Assembly: GCA_030141605.1 (NCBI GenBank)
Contig: JAQGDQ010000420.1
Span: 1-64,000, forward strand
Origin: Tubiluchus corallicola
Lineage: Eukaryota > Animalia > Priapulida
Length of the DNA: 64,000 bases
Direction of reading: 5' to 3'
The notes beneath the pieces were generated by a model. The model saw nothing but the letters and a program-made list of their open reading frames with translations. It ran no database searches and was not told the origin of the DNA. Position numbers and translations under genes: made by a program. The number at the start of each line of letters is the position of its first letter. Positions within the stretch are counted from its first letter, which is position 1. Below, in pieces: positions 25,281-39,332 of the stretch.

Positions 25281-26012
25281 ATGCTGATAACGATTGCCCA
25301 CTCTGTCAATCTTTAACTACGTATAAGGATTTATAACCATTTGATTATGCCCAATTATGTAGACCCAGAAGATAGCGTATTTCTGCATAAGGCAAACTTT
25401 AGTTTTAATATGGAAAGCAATTATTAGTGGAAATCAATCTTTCCAAGATAGCACACATGTTCATCAAAGGACACGTCTCAAAGGAGAAGGTTTGTGAATC
25501 TCTAATCAAAAGCAGCTAAAAGCCCGAAAGGGTGTCCAAGGTTCCAAATCTTACAGGCACTGTGTTCGTATACACCGAGAATAAAGTTAAGAAAACCATA
25601 ACAGGCAGAGAAAAAGCCCCATTGTGCATTGATTGTGCATGTCATCAATACACGTTGATCAAGCAGTTTTATCCCATCTGAGCTCAGGTAATTTATTATC
25701 GGCAATGTTTGAGCTGCCAATAATTAAAACTACAATTTCAAGGTAATTAGTTGCTAAATCTAATTGCATTCAATTCCTCGCTAAACCAGTATGCACTTTG
25801 CGGGCATTGTTGGCGTGCTCGATGCAACAATACCTGGCAAGTTCTATGAGGAATATTTTCTTGGAAAAATACGCTTGGCAGAAATTTTATTTTAGTTACA
25901 ATACATCCTACACATATAGCAGATACATTCGGAAACACTGATGACTAAGACAACAATTTTAAATCAGTTGTAATAGAGATTTTCAGACTGCCTACAACAT
26001 TTTCAGTGTATT
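25278..26012. repeat. Left arm of a long inverted repeat
   Basis: Reverse complement of 28406-29137. The ORF track shows mirror ORFs: 25502..25720(-) vs 28699..28917(+) differ at 3 of 72 aa. Confidence 0.95.
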
Positions 26013-27112
26013 TTAAATACAAACCAGCAATATAAAGGAACAATTGGTAGGCTAGCGCAAACCTTTGACATTCCTTAATGCGGATGCTGAGGTTAAAGAT
26101 ACTGAAGTTGAGGGTACTCCTTACGATGGAGGTCGTGGACACCAAGGTAAGCTTGGGTAATTTATAGGCACACAGCATGCGGGTAACCAAGAAGCGTAAA
26201 ATACACAAATGAAATAACCAAGTGGTCATGCCAGTATTGCTAAATGGTCAAAATTAAGCAACACTGGGACCACAAGTGAAGGGATCGGTAAGCCTAAATG
26301 TCTGGTTCAATACCCGTTTTAGGATATTTCATTTGCCATACTGATTCTGACTACTAACTTCGTTGAGGAAGGATGTAATAATATCCAAACACAAGTACCT
26401 CTGTCGGTCCGGTGTCGCTTGTTAGAATGTTATTCTTAAAGAGCTAGGATCCAGTCTTGCCACACGCATAAGCACTGGATTTCTGCTTGCACTTGCCAGA
26501 AAGTATAAATATAATCAGGCGAAATCAACAAATATCTCGGTGCCCTTGTGGGAGACGTTACTTCCAGAGAGATTTCATCTGATGACACAAATCTTAATTG
26601 TAACGACGAAATGCTACTTTACCGGAATCTGACTTTATCTTCCATCAAAATGACACCTGATCACTTGCTTACGTATGGGCAAAGCAAAGCAGAAATTAGG
26701 TGGATCTGTTAGCAGAGTAACGTCTAGCCAGCAAAAGCAAATCAATCTTCTTACACGAGCTGGAATGACGTCAAAAAGCGATTCTCAACGTATTACTTTG
26801 TTATCTGGTAAGTAACCTTTGGCACAAGACTTAGTCGAAGGCAAAAAAGATTTAGTTGTTGAGAAAGCGAGTTTGCATTCAAATTACGTCATTTGGCCAT
26901 GCTTTGCTTTTTTGCAGCAGTAGAGCTGTTTTTGCGCTAGTTTGCTAAAGACACATCGCGTGGTATTTAATATCCTGCGTAGATGAAGCCATATTCGCAC
27001 GATTTTATAAGTGCATCTTCTCCTCATTAAGCCAGTTCGTATCCTTCTTTCCCTAGTCTTCGGAGAACCACAAGGGTATCCGCGATTAAGCAGAATTTCG
27101 TACCTCACAAGC

Positions 27113-27494
27113 TGGGGTGAGCATCGAAAATTCGAAATCGATTCGAACGAGTTCTTAACTTCGAATTCAATCCAAGCCTAAAATTATAGATTCGAATGAT
27201 TCGGCACTTGCGTTCTTTGTCATGAGAACGTTTGAAATATCAAGAAACCAGCACAATTTAACCGCGATTTCTGTGCACAAATCTTAAACAAATTACTGGT
27301 GTTTTTACTACAGAATAAAATCAAGTAATATGCACAATCTTTCTGATGTCGCTTTTTATTAGTAATTCGAAAAGGGAATTCGAAGCTGAATTCGATTCGA
27401 TTTGGCGATGAAAATGGTGAAATTCGGTTTGATTCGTGTTCGAAAGTCACAAATTCGACTCGAATTCGTTTTCTGGTAGAGAATGGTCACCCTG
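27113..27494. mobile_element. Degenerate hAT-like MITE rich in TTCGAA/ATTCGA motifs
   Basis: Imperfect TIRs TGGGGTGAGCAT / ATGGTCACCCTG, with clustered TTCGA(A/T) motifs near both ends. No TSD seen. Confidence 0.55.
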
Positions 27495-28405
27495 ACAATA
27501 ATTGAAGAAGCAATGTTTATCAATAGGAGCTGCCGTACTCAAAGAAACCAGTACACAATCGCCATTAAAATCCAAGTTCGCACATCTTAGTCATACGGGA
27601 GAATAACGCTAACGAAAATGCGAATTTTTTACTTTTTGTGCAGAAAAACTACATAAGCAGGAGGATATGCATTTTTTCAGATGACAGACTTTACATTGGT
27701 CGTCTACTAATTACTACGATAGTGTGTTTGAGGTCTACGGTTAATCAGTCTACATGAGTACACATCTATTCACGTCATTGTTACACTGCCTGGAAGCCAC
27801 GTTCATAAAGACGGACAAATTATTACAACGCCACAGGCGCAGTTCCCACAAAGAAACAAACTAGGTGTATTTACTATAGCTGCAAACAAGATATTAATTG
27901 GATAAGGTATCCAGGTATAATTCAGTCTGGGAAGCGGGGTAAGAAAATCCATATCAAAAATGAAATCCATGGTAGAATTCTTTCTGCGTTACAATTTCCA
28001 CTTTTAATACGGCAATTGTTAATTTATTAGTTTGTGAGTGTTGTGAATTTTGTAGGCTACGTACACTGCCTTACAACCCGACAGATTAAACCTTCTTTAT
28101 TTCTATGTAATTCTCTTTGACAATTAGGTTAATTTTAGCAGTCACCGAGAAAATCTTTTTATTGTATTAAGATAGCCGTTTTTTAAAAGACAAAACTAAA
28201 TTATAACTACCGCCGCTGTAGCTGTTGCTGTTGTTTTAATTATATGCAGCTCAAAGCACTGCCGGTAATAAATTAGCTGAGTCCAGATATGATAAAACTA
28301 CGTATAAATGCACAATGGTTTTTTCGTTAATATTATACTTTCTGTACCTTTGTGATTTCCTTAACTTTCTTTATCCTTGATGCCTGTAAACTCGGAACTT
28401 TGGAC

Positions 28406-29137
28406 AATACACTGAAAATGTTGTAGGAAGTCTGAAAATCTCTATTACAACTGATTTAAAATTGTTGTCTTAGTCATCAGTGTTTCCGAATGTATCTGCT
28501 ATACGTGTAGGATGCATTGTAACTAAAATAAAATTTCTGCCAAGCGTATTTTTCCAAGAAAATATTCCTCTCAGCACTTGCCAGGTATTGTTTCATCGAG
28601 CACGCCAACGATGCCCGCAAAGTGCATACTGGTTTGGCGAGGAATTGAATGCAATTAGATTTAGCAAGCTAATTACCGTAAAATTGTTGTTTTAATTATT
28701 GGCGGCTCAAACATTGCCGATAATAAATTACCTGAGCTCAGATGGGATAAAACTGCTTGATCAACGTGTATTGATGACATGCACAATTAATGCACAATGG
28801 GGCTTTTCCTCTGCCTGTTATGGTTTTCTTAACTTTATTCTCGGTGTATACGAACACAGTGCCTGGAAGATTTGGAACCTTGGACACCCTTTCGGGCTTT
28901 TAGCTGTATTTGATTAGAGATTCGCCAACTTTGTCCTTTGAGATGTGTCGTTTGATGAACATGTGTGCTATCTTGGAAACGCTGCTTTCCACACTAAAAC
29001 TAAAGTTTGTCTTATACAGAAATACACTACCTTCTAGTCGTACATAATTGAGGATAATCAAATGGAAATAAATACATGTAGAAAGAGTGACAGAGTAGCC
29101 AATCGTTGTCATCGTCATCATCATCATCACCATCATT
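28406..29137. repeat. Right arm of a long inverted repeat
   Basis: Reverse complement of 25278-26012; ends in (CAT)n, mirroring the (GAT)n on the left. Confidence 0.95.
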
Positions 29138-29889
29138 ATGCAACTGCTGCTGTTACTACCACAACCATTATATTACTGCTATATATTACTACCGCCGACA
29201 ACACCATTACTACCCATACAAAACGTTTGCGACAGAATTATTGCCAACCTGAAACGGCATATCACTGTGCAATCATGTTTGACCATTTGTGACCTTGAGA
29301 CGACCTTTGACCTCCAGTTAACTACTTTCCATTCCCGTTTTCACGCGAAGTATTAATCGTAATAGGCTGCGTTTGACAAATAGGGTTCTACAAAGGCACT
29401 ACTGCTCAAGCTATTTCTGCTAAAAAGCAATATACTATTGCATTAAAGACAAATTTCATCTTCACCTTAACCATTTATTCAAGGTCACCCACTACAAGGT
29501 TACTGCAAGTTTGGTTGCTCAACTGGTTGGAAAATTGTTGATTAAAGTAACACAGAGACGTCCTGAAATTTGCAGAAAACCTAAACGCCACAGTAAATAA
29601 GCTGAAGTTCAAGTCTTTCACAGTAAAGCATATTGGAAAATCGACGGGAAAATTAGTGAAAACCACAAAAGTGTTTGCTCAAAAATTTCTGAACATTTGG
29701 TTGGCCACCATGTCACGAACAATGTGGCATTAAACATTCACCCACTTCAATAGTGAAAAAAAACAAAAAGTCACACAATTAGCGTAAAATTAAATACTCA
29801 GCAAGTTCACAGACGGAATTTTTTACATCGTATTTTTTACAAATTACTTCGTAATTTTTACAACTTAACTTTATGCCAATCGTCACTTT

Positions 29890-30150
29890 TATGGCTGAGT
29901 TGTTGCAGTCCGTGCTTTTGCGACAGAAGTTAAGCAATACTGAGCCCGAGCAGTAAACTTATAAGTGACTGCCAGGTTCAGTAATTGCCCTGTGTGTATT
30001 CATTTACCATCGTGATTCTAGCAGTTCATTGCAAACAGGAAAATCTATTCACAACTGAACGCGGCTTAAACACCTCGGCAGATTCGATATCTCATCTCAG
30101 ATGATTAGGCTTGAAATTGAGCCGAGTTCCAGTCCAGCCACAACCATCTA
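29890..30150 (+). mobile_element. Degenerate SINE-like repeat with a 5S rRNA-like segment (copy 3)
   Basis: TGGCTGAGTTG (A-box-like) followed by CAGAAGTTAAGCAATACTGAGCCCG (5S-like); the body aligns with the ~1.0 kb and ~20.7 kb copies. Confidence 0.5.
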
Positions 30151-32704
30151 TAAGACAGGCTTCAGCTGCTGGAGTTCGGTTGTGTGTGCCAGACCGATTC
30201 ACAGAACAAAAAGAATCTTAAAGAAATTGAATACGCAACTCCATATAATTCTTAATGATTAGAAATTTGTAAAACGCTTTCAATTTTTGTTTAGCCTCTG
30301 TTTTAGTGATTAATAGTCAAAGCTATAAAGGTGAACTTTATAGTCTACAAAGAAAACAGTTTATATTCAAGGCTCAGTAAATAAGCATCAAGTATGTCAA
30401 ATATGAGAGATAATTCGAGCAAACAACTACATGTAGTACTTAAACTAGACCAAATTCCAATAACAGCTGGTAATCGTAATGCAGTTAGTAAGGCATGTGT
30501 ACTTGCATATTTACGTCCAAAGTTGTTTTTCGAAGTCTACCAAGCATATTAAAGAGAAATATAATTAAGCCACTAGGTAAAAAATTTTAAAGTCGTTACT
30601 GTTCAGAATAGCTAGATAGATAAAAATTTGCCACGCACTGACATGTTGTCTCAAAAACTTAGCAGGTCTGGTCAGTAACAAAAAGTCCGAAGTTCAATTC
30701 TTGAGCGTGGCTACAGATTTTTTTCTTTTATTGCAAACATTTTACACACTTTATAGATTGATTCACAATATTCATAGATTAACTTGCAATTTCTATTTTC
30801 CAAATAAAATATTCCAAACTGATTCCTTAAATAATGCACACAAAATGAATACAGTTAGTTTATTGCTCGAAAATTTCTTATATAGTAAAAAGTTTTTGTT
30901 TTTTTAATTATTCGTCATCATCAGTGGTAAATTTTTACAAACATACAACAAGTTTATATAGGCAGAGCCCTACATGCAGCAGTAATTCTGTCGAAACGTT
31001 TGAAATGATTTTTTTGACGTGTGAATTAAAAGTTTTGATAAAGTTACAATGTTTAACTATAGATGTTTTTAAGTGCCTGTAATAAAAAATTTTGCCTTTT
31101 ATTCTTTTTTAAGCCATAACATTTCACACGTTAGTTTTGCTTCATCATAAAATAGGGTGCAAAGGTTTTCAATGTGTTTTAATTGCTATAGTTTCAAGCT
31201 TATAAATATTATACCAACAAGTAACGAGTATTTTTTACACTACACTGTATTTTATGTTCTTAGAAGAGCCTTGAAACAGCCTTGACAATCAGCAAATAAA
31301 ATGTTTACATGAAAGCAATTTGAAAATAAAATTTAACAAAATAATAAATCAATAATCGCAAATGAGGAAAACAAATTCTATGATCTTAACTTTCAGTATA
31401 TTAACACATATTCATTTAATTTTCACAGTTAGCTTTATAAAGAAACCAGCAGAAGTGAGTACTGAGTCTAGTAATTTATTTTACAAAGAACACAAAGCAG
31501 AAATACTACAGTGTGAAAAAATATTTTTCAAACAAATATGCCAAACTATGTTGACGTAAATATTTTATATCATAATTAAATAAACTCACCGTTTTAAGTT
31601 CTCATCATTACAGATCAGTGAACTAAATGCACACATAAATCATCCTTATTTATATACTGAAATCTTAAGTAACTCAACAGCATGACATATGTCCATATGT
31701 TTATATTAAAAAGATGTGTTTAAAGTGCAAATACAGAGCAAATCTTATCAACCCTTCAGCAAGTAAAATGTACAACACTGTCAGGTTATAACATCTTCGT
31801 GTGCTGATGTAATAACTCAGAGGGAAACCCCGCTTATGAAAATTTCTGTGCCTCACTGTTCATTAATCATATTATAAAGCAGGATGATCTTAATGGCCTC
31901 TCATAGACGCACATGCGGTATCAAGATTATTGTAAATATTTGAATTATATGAAAGCACGGCACCAACACACAAACCGGTGTAAATAAAGTCACGATATCA
32001 AATAAATATTTATCACAAACTTAATGGTTGTCAAGAAGACTGTAAGAGTCGTGGCCCAAGCGAAATATTAACTCAGTGAAAAGAAATATCAAGAGGCACT
32101 GTGTGGGCTTCAATGTGCAACACAATACATAAACAACCTTACTATTATTCACAGACTGAATCTCAAAACTGTAATTTAATGATGGAATGAAGACATGAAT
32201 AATGATTTTTCAAGAGAAAAGAATAAAATGTGAAAAGCCCAGATTGAGCCTGCATTTGAACCATGGATGTTTAGAATACAAGACAAATACCCTGAGCGTT
32301 AGACTTCAAAGCCACTTGTGATCATCAAGATTTAATTCATCAAGCAATCCGATGTTTCAAAGTGATAATTTTCTCATGTTAATGTATTATTAACTGATAA
32401 AATTAATATTTTTGCATTAATTTAGGCGCAGGAGTTTGAAATAAGACCTCACACAACTATATTTTCACACTAAAAATTTATGAAATTTATTTATGAATGA
32501 GTAAGTTTTATGATTTTTCACAGTCAATTTTTGAAACAACTTTATGAGTCCTTATTGAGCGCAGAATTGACCTTCTTCAGAGCTTTAATGAAATGAATTC
32601 TCAGATCAACTTTGTCTCGTCAAAATCTTGTGTTCACAACTAATGTCAGTAAAAGGACAAGGGAAAAGGGATTAACTGACCACACACTTTTATATACTAG
32701 TTCC

Positions 32705-33196
32705 AGTTAAACCACAGTCACAGGTTCGAATGTAGGAAAGTGTTTAAAACTTCTAATGTGATATTTTTCAATATGGGTTTCTTTACAACATTTTTTACAA
32801 CAGAAATGTTACCACCCCCCTACGTCTAGTTAAACCAGGGTCACAGGTTCAAATGCAGAAAAGTGTTTTAAAGATTCTTATGTCATATTTTACAATGTGG
32901 GTTTCTTTACAGCATTCTTTACAACAAAAATGTTACCACTCATACTTCTAGTTAAACCAGGGTCACAGGTTCGAATACAGGAAAGTGTTTTACAACTTCT
33001 AATGTCATATTTTACAATATGGGTTTCTTTACAACATTTTTTACAACAGAAATGTTACCACCCCCCTACGTCTAGTTAAACCACGGTCACAGGTTCGAAT
33101 ACATGAAAGTGTTTTAAAACTTCTAATGTCATATTTTACAATGTGGGTTTCTTTTCACTATTTTTTTCACAATACAACTATTACCACTCATACGTC
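32705..33196. repeat. ~123-bp tandem repeat x4 (ABAB pattern) forming the proximal ANKRD16 3' UTR
   Basis: AGTTAAACC starts at ~32705, 32828, 32950 and 33074. Units 1/3 and 2/4 share diagnostic variants (CCCCCCTACG vs ACTCATAC; ATATGGG vs ATGTGGG). Confidence 0.93.
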
Positions 33197-33425
33197 AACT
33201 GTATTGTTTAAATATATTTCTAACTGCATCAGTTTGTGCCAACATTAAAGCAGTATTGCCACCATTATCTTCACAGTCTTCAGCACCAGCAGACAATAAC
33301 ATCATCAGCACTTCTTCCTGCTGACCAGCACTGGCCAGATGCAGAGCGGACCGTCCTTTGTCGTCTCTCATGTTGGCATTAGCTCCAAGAGACAGAAGTA
33401 TCCGAATTACTTCCGATTTATTCTC
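33195..33425 (-). CDS. ANKRD16: ANKRD16 ortholog, coding exon 6 (last)
   Basis: tttgtag|GAG...; ENKSEVIRILLSLGANANMRDDKGRSALHLASAGQQEEVLMMLLSAGAEDCEDNGGNTALMLAQTDAVRNIFKQYS*, matching recalled human [27 protein letters not shown]. TGA at 33197-33195. Confidence 0.92.
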   Translation of the reverse strand, partial: ENKSEVIRILLSLGANANMRDDKGRSALHLASAGQQEEVLMMLLSAGAEDCEDNGGNTALMLAQTDAVRNIFKQYS

Positions 33426-34056
33426 CTACAAATGAAAATAAAGTTCAACCAACAAGTTACACATAAAAGTAGATTGATTAAACAATAAATGCAAAAAGTG
33501 CAATTTCCCTTTTCTTCTGAAATTGCGTAAACAAAACCTTATTTGTTATTCCAAGTTTTTCACTCATAATATTTGCTTTATTCTTGTTCTGTTAAAAATG
33601 GTGTAACTCACTTTTGCTTACAAGTCGTAAAAGTGTCGTCTGAAAATGGGTTATCAGAATATTAGTAAATAATGCAGCCACAAATGCCATAAAGGAGAAT
33701 TCCATAAAACAGAATTATTTTCAGACACATTTATTTTTTATATAGTTTCTCACAATTACAAAAATTTGATTTGTTTCAGGAATATAAAGTCAAGAGTGTT
33801 TACGCATGTGGGATGCAGTAGGTTTTTTTACATAACCTGATACTTTTCAAGTAATAGAGAATGACACAGACTACCCAATCAAGATAGTCATTGTCAGACT
33901 CAAACACCTTTGTAAGAACAGCCAAGCTCTGATGCATCTACATCCTACATCTTTCAATATCTGGATGCAGAATCGCAGATGAAACTGGCTAGAAGCAATT
34001 TGCCAGCAGGAACCCAACAATTTCTTAACTAAGCCAAGCATTGCTTAACTTTGCAA

Positions 34057-34057
<1 letters not shown>

Positions 34058-34098
<41 letters not shown>

Positions 34099-34294
34099 TT
34101 TAAAAATTAATATGCCTGAACGCACTAACAATAGATTTTATGTTACAGATATTTTGCAAATGCTTTGTATTAGACATTTTCTGACGTGTACAAAGCAATT
34201 TCCTTAATGTAACTGCTGTTATATATGTGTGTGTGTGTGTGTGTGTGTGCGTGTGTCTGTGTGTGCGTGTGTGCGTGCGTGCATGCGTGTGTGT
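34058..34294. repeat. (CA)n at 34058-34096 and (TG)n at ~34226-34294 in ANKRD16 intron 5
   Basis: Direct inspection; the two tracts are mutually complementary. Confidence 0.9.
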
Positions 34295-34527
34295 ATATAT
34301 CATTTATGTTGCAAACTAATGCAATACATAATACAGAGGTAAGTTGATGTAGATGAGTAGCAATAGGGATCTATACAAAACAATAATCACTACATACAAT
34401 TTTGCATTAGTTAGCTATGCAAATATCTACTTGTTCAAATGAGCTAAATTTATTAGAAATGACACAATGTTACCACATGTAGGTCACACTACAAGACAGT
34501 ATAAAAGAACTATCAGTAACAACTCAC

Positions 34528-34686
34528 CTTGGCAGCTAAGTGAATGGGTATAACACCACCAGCAGCACAGTCATTGACGTCCATATTCAAATCCGCCACC
34601 AGCCACTTAACAATCTTTGCACTTCCAGATTGTGCTGCAATATGAAGAGCTGTCCTACCAAGTGTGTCTCTTATACGTGGGTTAGC
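34528..34686 (-). CDS. ANKRD16: ANKRD16 ortholog, coding exon 5
   Basis: ctatag|GCT...AAG|gtgagt; 159 nt, phase 0/0; ANPRIRDTLGRTALHIAAQSGSAKIVKWLVADLNMDVNDCAAGGVIPIHLAAK. Confidence 0.92.
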
Positions 34687-35506
34687 CTATAGATGATCAT
34701 CAAATTCAAATTCATCAAAAAAATTATAAAAACAAAATAAAAATAAAAAAAAGAAATTTAGAAGTTGCAGTGGACACAAAATAAAATGACTAGCTGTAGA
34801 CTAGTTTTAGCTGCTGCAAAAATGTGAAATTGTCTCATATCCGATTATAAATGGGCAGTTTAAGCAAGGCAAGTGCTCAATAATCATTAGATAATAATTA
34901 CTAAGTCTAACATCTTCAGTGTTGCAATTTGTTCAATATGCATCCATTGCCCTTGCCTTGCCCTTCTATCCTTATATACATTGAACTTTTCTTTAAAAAA
35001 ACATGTCTACTGCATATAAAAAGCTTGAAACAAAATAAATTCATTGCATTAGTCAGGAAATTTTGCTCTACAGTCATGTTGGTCATTTATGCATCAATGT
35101 AACTATGCTACTATGTAAATAACAGTCAAGTAAATTTAAGATTTAAATATGGTTGTACTGTAGATCTAAATGAAAATGTTAAATTAGAGGTTAAGAACTC
35201 ATTTAAAGATTATGTTTTAAAATATATATTATAGCTCCTTACAACACTGTATAATGTAATATAATTACAAGGGAACTACAATGTGTGGTTATTATAAACT
35301 TGAATGTCTGTAGATATGTTACTTTACTAATATCGCATTACCTGTTTTACTAACATCTTTATCTTTGTAAACTGTATATTTTTATACAAAATAAACTCAT
35401 AATAATAATAATAATAATGTAAATTTTAATTGAAAACGAGCAAAACATTTCTGGCTCTTGGTTACCTTGTTACAATATTACACAATTACATCACATCATA
35501 TTCACA

Positions 35507-35768
35507 CTACAGAAGAAAAATACTAAAAAATATTTCTCTGATATCTGTCTCAGTGACAACAAAATACACGCCATTATTAATTGTCCCATCATTTTCACTC
35601 TACAGAAGAAAAATACTAAAAAATATTTCTCTGATATCTGTCTCAGTGACAACAAAATACACGCCATTATTAATTGTCCCATCATTTTCACTCTACAGAA
35701 GAAAAATACTAAAAAAACATTTCTCTGATATCTGTCTCAGTGACAACAAAGTACACGCCATTATTAAT
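35507..35768. repeat. 93-bp tandem repeat, ~2.8 copies (intron 4)
   Basis: CTACAGAAGAAAAATACT starts at 35507, 35600 and 35693. Confidence 0.95.
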
Positions 35769-36190
35769 AACGATGATTAATTATCAACTTCTTATTAATG
35801 TTAATTCACTTTTACACAACACAGATGGACTGTGTGCTAACATGCAGAAAATAAGTCCTCAAGTCATTGTCTGCAGAGTGCCACACTATGTTAGCCAGCT
35901 AACCTACTACATCTAGCAAGCAACAAGTGCACACCCTATTACTGGTTCAACTGTAAACTAAATCAGTGACTGCATACAGGCAGGCTTCACTTTCAGTCTT
36001 TCACCAAAGCTCCACCCACAATTTCCATAACAAATATTAAACTTGCAACAAAAAATGTAACTTTTATAATAATACAGTATTCAGGCTCGCAGTTAATAAA
36101 ATAAAAACTGGTAAGGATGTCAAGTGTAGTTTCAAGCATTTCATACTTATGCGAAATAAACTTCAGAAAGGTAATTATTTTATAGCAGAC

Positions 36191-36342
36191 CTTGTGCTTG
36201 AAATACAAAAGCTTTGCAATTTCCATGTGTTCACTTCTCGCCGCATCCATAAAAGGAGACGTACCACAGCTGTCCTGAGCATCTGAACTATACTGACATC
36301 TGGCGAGGAAAAATTCAACTACTTCCAGCAGTCCATGCAGAG
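36191..36342 (-). CDS. ANKRD16: ANKRD16 ortholog, coding exon 4
   Basis: ttgtag|CT...AAG|gtctgc; 152 nt; LHGLLEVVEFFLARCQYSSDAQDSCGTSPFMDAARSEHMEIAKLLYFKHK, compare recalled human [33 protein letters not shown]. Confidence 0.92.
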
Positions 36343-37017
36343 CTACAAGAACACAGGTATTGATATATTGCTGTATATGAACAGTACGATACACATAATA
36401 ATTTTAGGCAAAAACTAATTATAAACAGCATTTCTCAGAAAACTATTCGATGTTTATTTTCATGTTTTGCTGTGTCTTGAACAACTTGTAGCAAATTTTA
36501 ACTAGAAATCTGTTATGTTAAAAAAATTTCACAATTAGTCATTCTGAAGCATTTGCCATTTTTCTGCAATCATTTAATACAAAAAATCCAGTGGCACTCC
36601 GGTAAATGATCGTGCCATCAATTTTTTTACTTCATGCAGAATTTACTCAGTATTGCAGACTCAGTAAATGGTAAAGTATCCAATAAGCTGTTATCACGAA
36701 TGGTATATCAACCGAATGTCTTTTATTTTGAATATATTTTTAAAACAACAGCCCAACCTGCAGTATTTTGTTAAAGAAGATGCACCTAAAATTTTGAAAA
36801 AGTAAAATGCAAAATGATCATTGCATTTTGCATCATCATTTTGCATCAACCGTTGAAACCTGCAGAGCCTCATTAATTTTGATGGTGTTCGTTCAAGCAG
36901 TGAAATAGGTAATGAATCTCAATATGTATCAGAAGAGATTTAAGTTAAGCCTAACTGCTCCATTATTGATTCTGATAATAAATAAATAAGATTACAGAAA
37001 AGTGTTCATTGTTGTAC

Positions 37018-37115
37018 CTGCTGAATGAAGAGGCGTTCTTCCATTTTTACTGACAGTGTCCCACACTAAGGGGCACACATTGATAAAATAATCCAGTACG
37101 GCAAGATCACCAGTC
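37018..37115 (-). CDS. ANKRD16: ANKRD16 ortholog, coding exon 3
   Basis: tttcag|G...G|gtacaa; 98 nt; TGDLAVLDYFINVCPLVWDTVSKNGRTPLHSA, compare recalled human [32 protein letters not shown]. Confidence 0.92.
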
Positions 37116-38437
37116 CTGAAATGCATTAAATTGAACATTAACGAGCATTACAAAGTTATGACATGCAGTAAGTGTTTGACTTTTGCACAGTTTGAGTTTT
37201 TATTACAAACAATTTTGGCTTAAAAACTTTGACAAATAAAAACAGCTTGCATAAAACTAATTGTTAAGCAATTGCTGTCAGTTCAATGCAGTTACATTTT
37301 GTCTAACCAAACCTCTCTATTTAATTAAAATTTTACAAAAATTACAAGTGTTAATTCAGTGATACAACTGATGAGTTTCACTGACATTTTAGCTTCTCTA
37401 CAATCCAGTGAACGTACTGGCATTTGTTTAGTTTTATGATACTATTTTTGTTTAATAGCAAGTGCAATTTTTCAAAGTTCTTTTGCTTTCTAATGTCATG
37501 GAATAAACTCACTGAGCAAACCTTTTACAACAAGTCAAGCAAAACAAATATTATGAAAATAGAAATGGCTTGAAAATAAACCCTAAAGAAACCACAAAGT
37601 TCTGCAATAACTTAATAATGCTAATTCAAAAATACTTTTATTGAACTAGTAGAAGTTCATTAAGGCAGGAACACCACTGCTGTAAATAATGAACACTAGT
37701 AATAGTATGTCATACGTGTGCTTGCAAACCAAAACCGTCCACAAGCCGGCATAGATAAAACTGTGTTACGATGCTGCAAAGTAGAATGCATCAAAAATTG
37801 GGTCATATATAAATTTTTTTACAAAAACAAATGCTAACTGTATTGGACTTTTATGTTTTCGCACCAAAATATCAGGAAATAGTTTAGAAAATACTAAAAA
37901 TTTAATTTTATAACTCCTCACTCATTTCTCTGCCTGAAAACTAGTATCACATTTCTCAAAAACTCGTATTTTCAAACACCGGTAATAGCGCCTAGAAGCA
38001 GTCATTTTGCTTGCAGTTTTTTTCTTTTGCCCAGCCCAGACCACAGTCTGAAAGAGCCATCTACTGGACTTAAGCACAACTTTAATGTGCTGTTGCAAAG
38101 TCCATAATAATCATCAATTTGCACAGCTGCTAAGTGCTTTTGTAGAAGCATGACAAAAATGATGGCAAACTTCAACAGCGAATTTCTCATTTATTATGTT
38201 TTTCAGTTGCAGCCTGAACCGCAACTTCAGCGTGGATCACCTCAGGTTAGAAAAAACATAGAGCACTGAGCTTGGTATCAAAATGATTTTAATGAAATAG
38301 AGATTCAGGACATGTGATTATCTAAAAAAATCTTATCTGCTGATGTTTCGGATGCTTTTGCTGTGCAAGTACACGTTTCTTGATGACATTTGTTCACAGC
38401 AAAAAGAAAGTATTATAAGTGGTTATCCCTTTAACTA

Positions 38438-39128
<691 letters not shown>

Positions 39129-39332
39129 TAACAGGAAAATTCAGTCTTATCTAATTGAATTTTTAGTGTTGATGCTGAACATGACATAACTGAATTAGAG
39201 CTGTGACATTAGAGCAGCAAGCAGGAATAGTAGAACTCATAAAATTGCTTTAAAATTTGCAATCAATTTAAATTGTTACTTTTACACACACACAGTAAAC
39301 TTAAAGTGCTCAGCACTAAATGCTCCATTCTC

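Noticed and set aside
26056-26146. Possible plus-strand exon in the inverted-repeat spacer (ends CAAG|GTAAGC)
   Set aside because: Weak acceptor, unrecognisable 30-aa peptide and no partner exons.
25502-28917. Duplicated small protein genes (mirror ORF pairs)
   Set aside because: The ORFs begin at non-ATG codons, show no recognisable domain, and are duplicated only because they sit in the inverted-repeat arms.
32240-32313. Minus-strand tRNA-like sequence (GGTTCAAATGC B-box)
   Set aside because: Too degenerate to fold as a tRNA; at most an old SINE remnant.
35993-36394. 133-aa single-exon ORF
   Set aside because: Only 36191-36342 is ankyrin-coding; the rest is intron read-through past clear splice sites.
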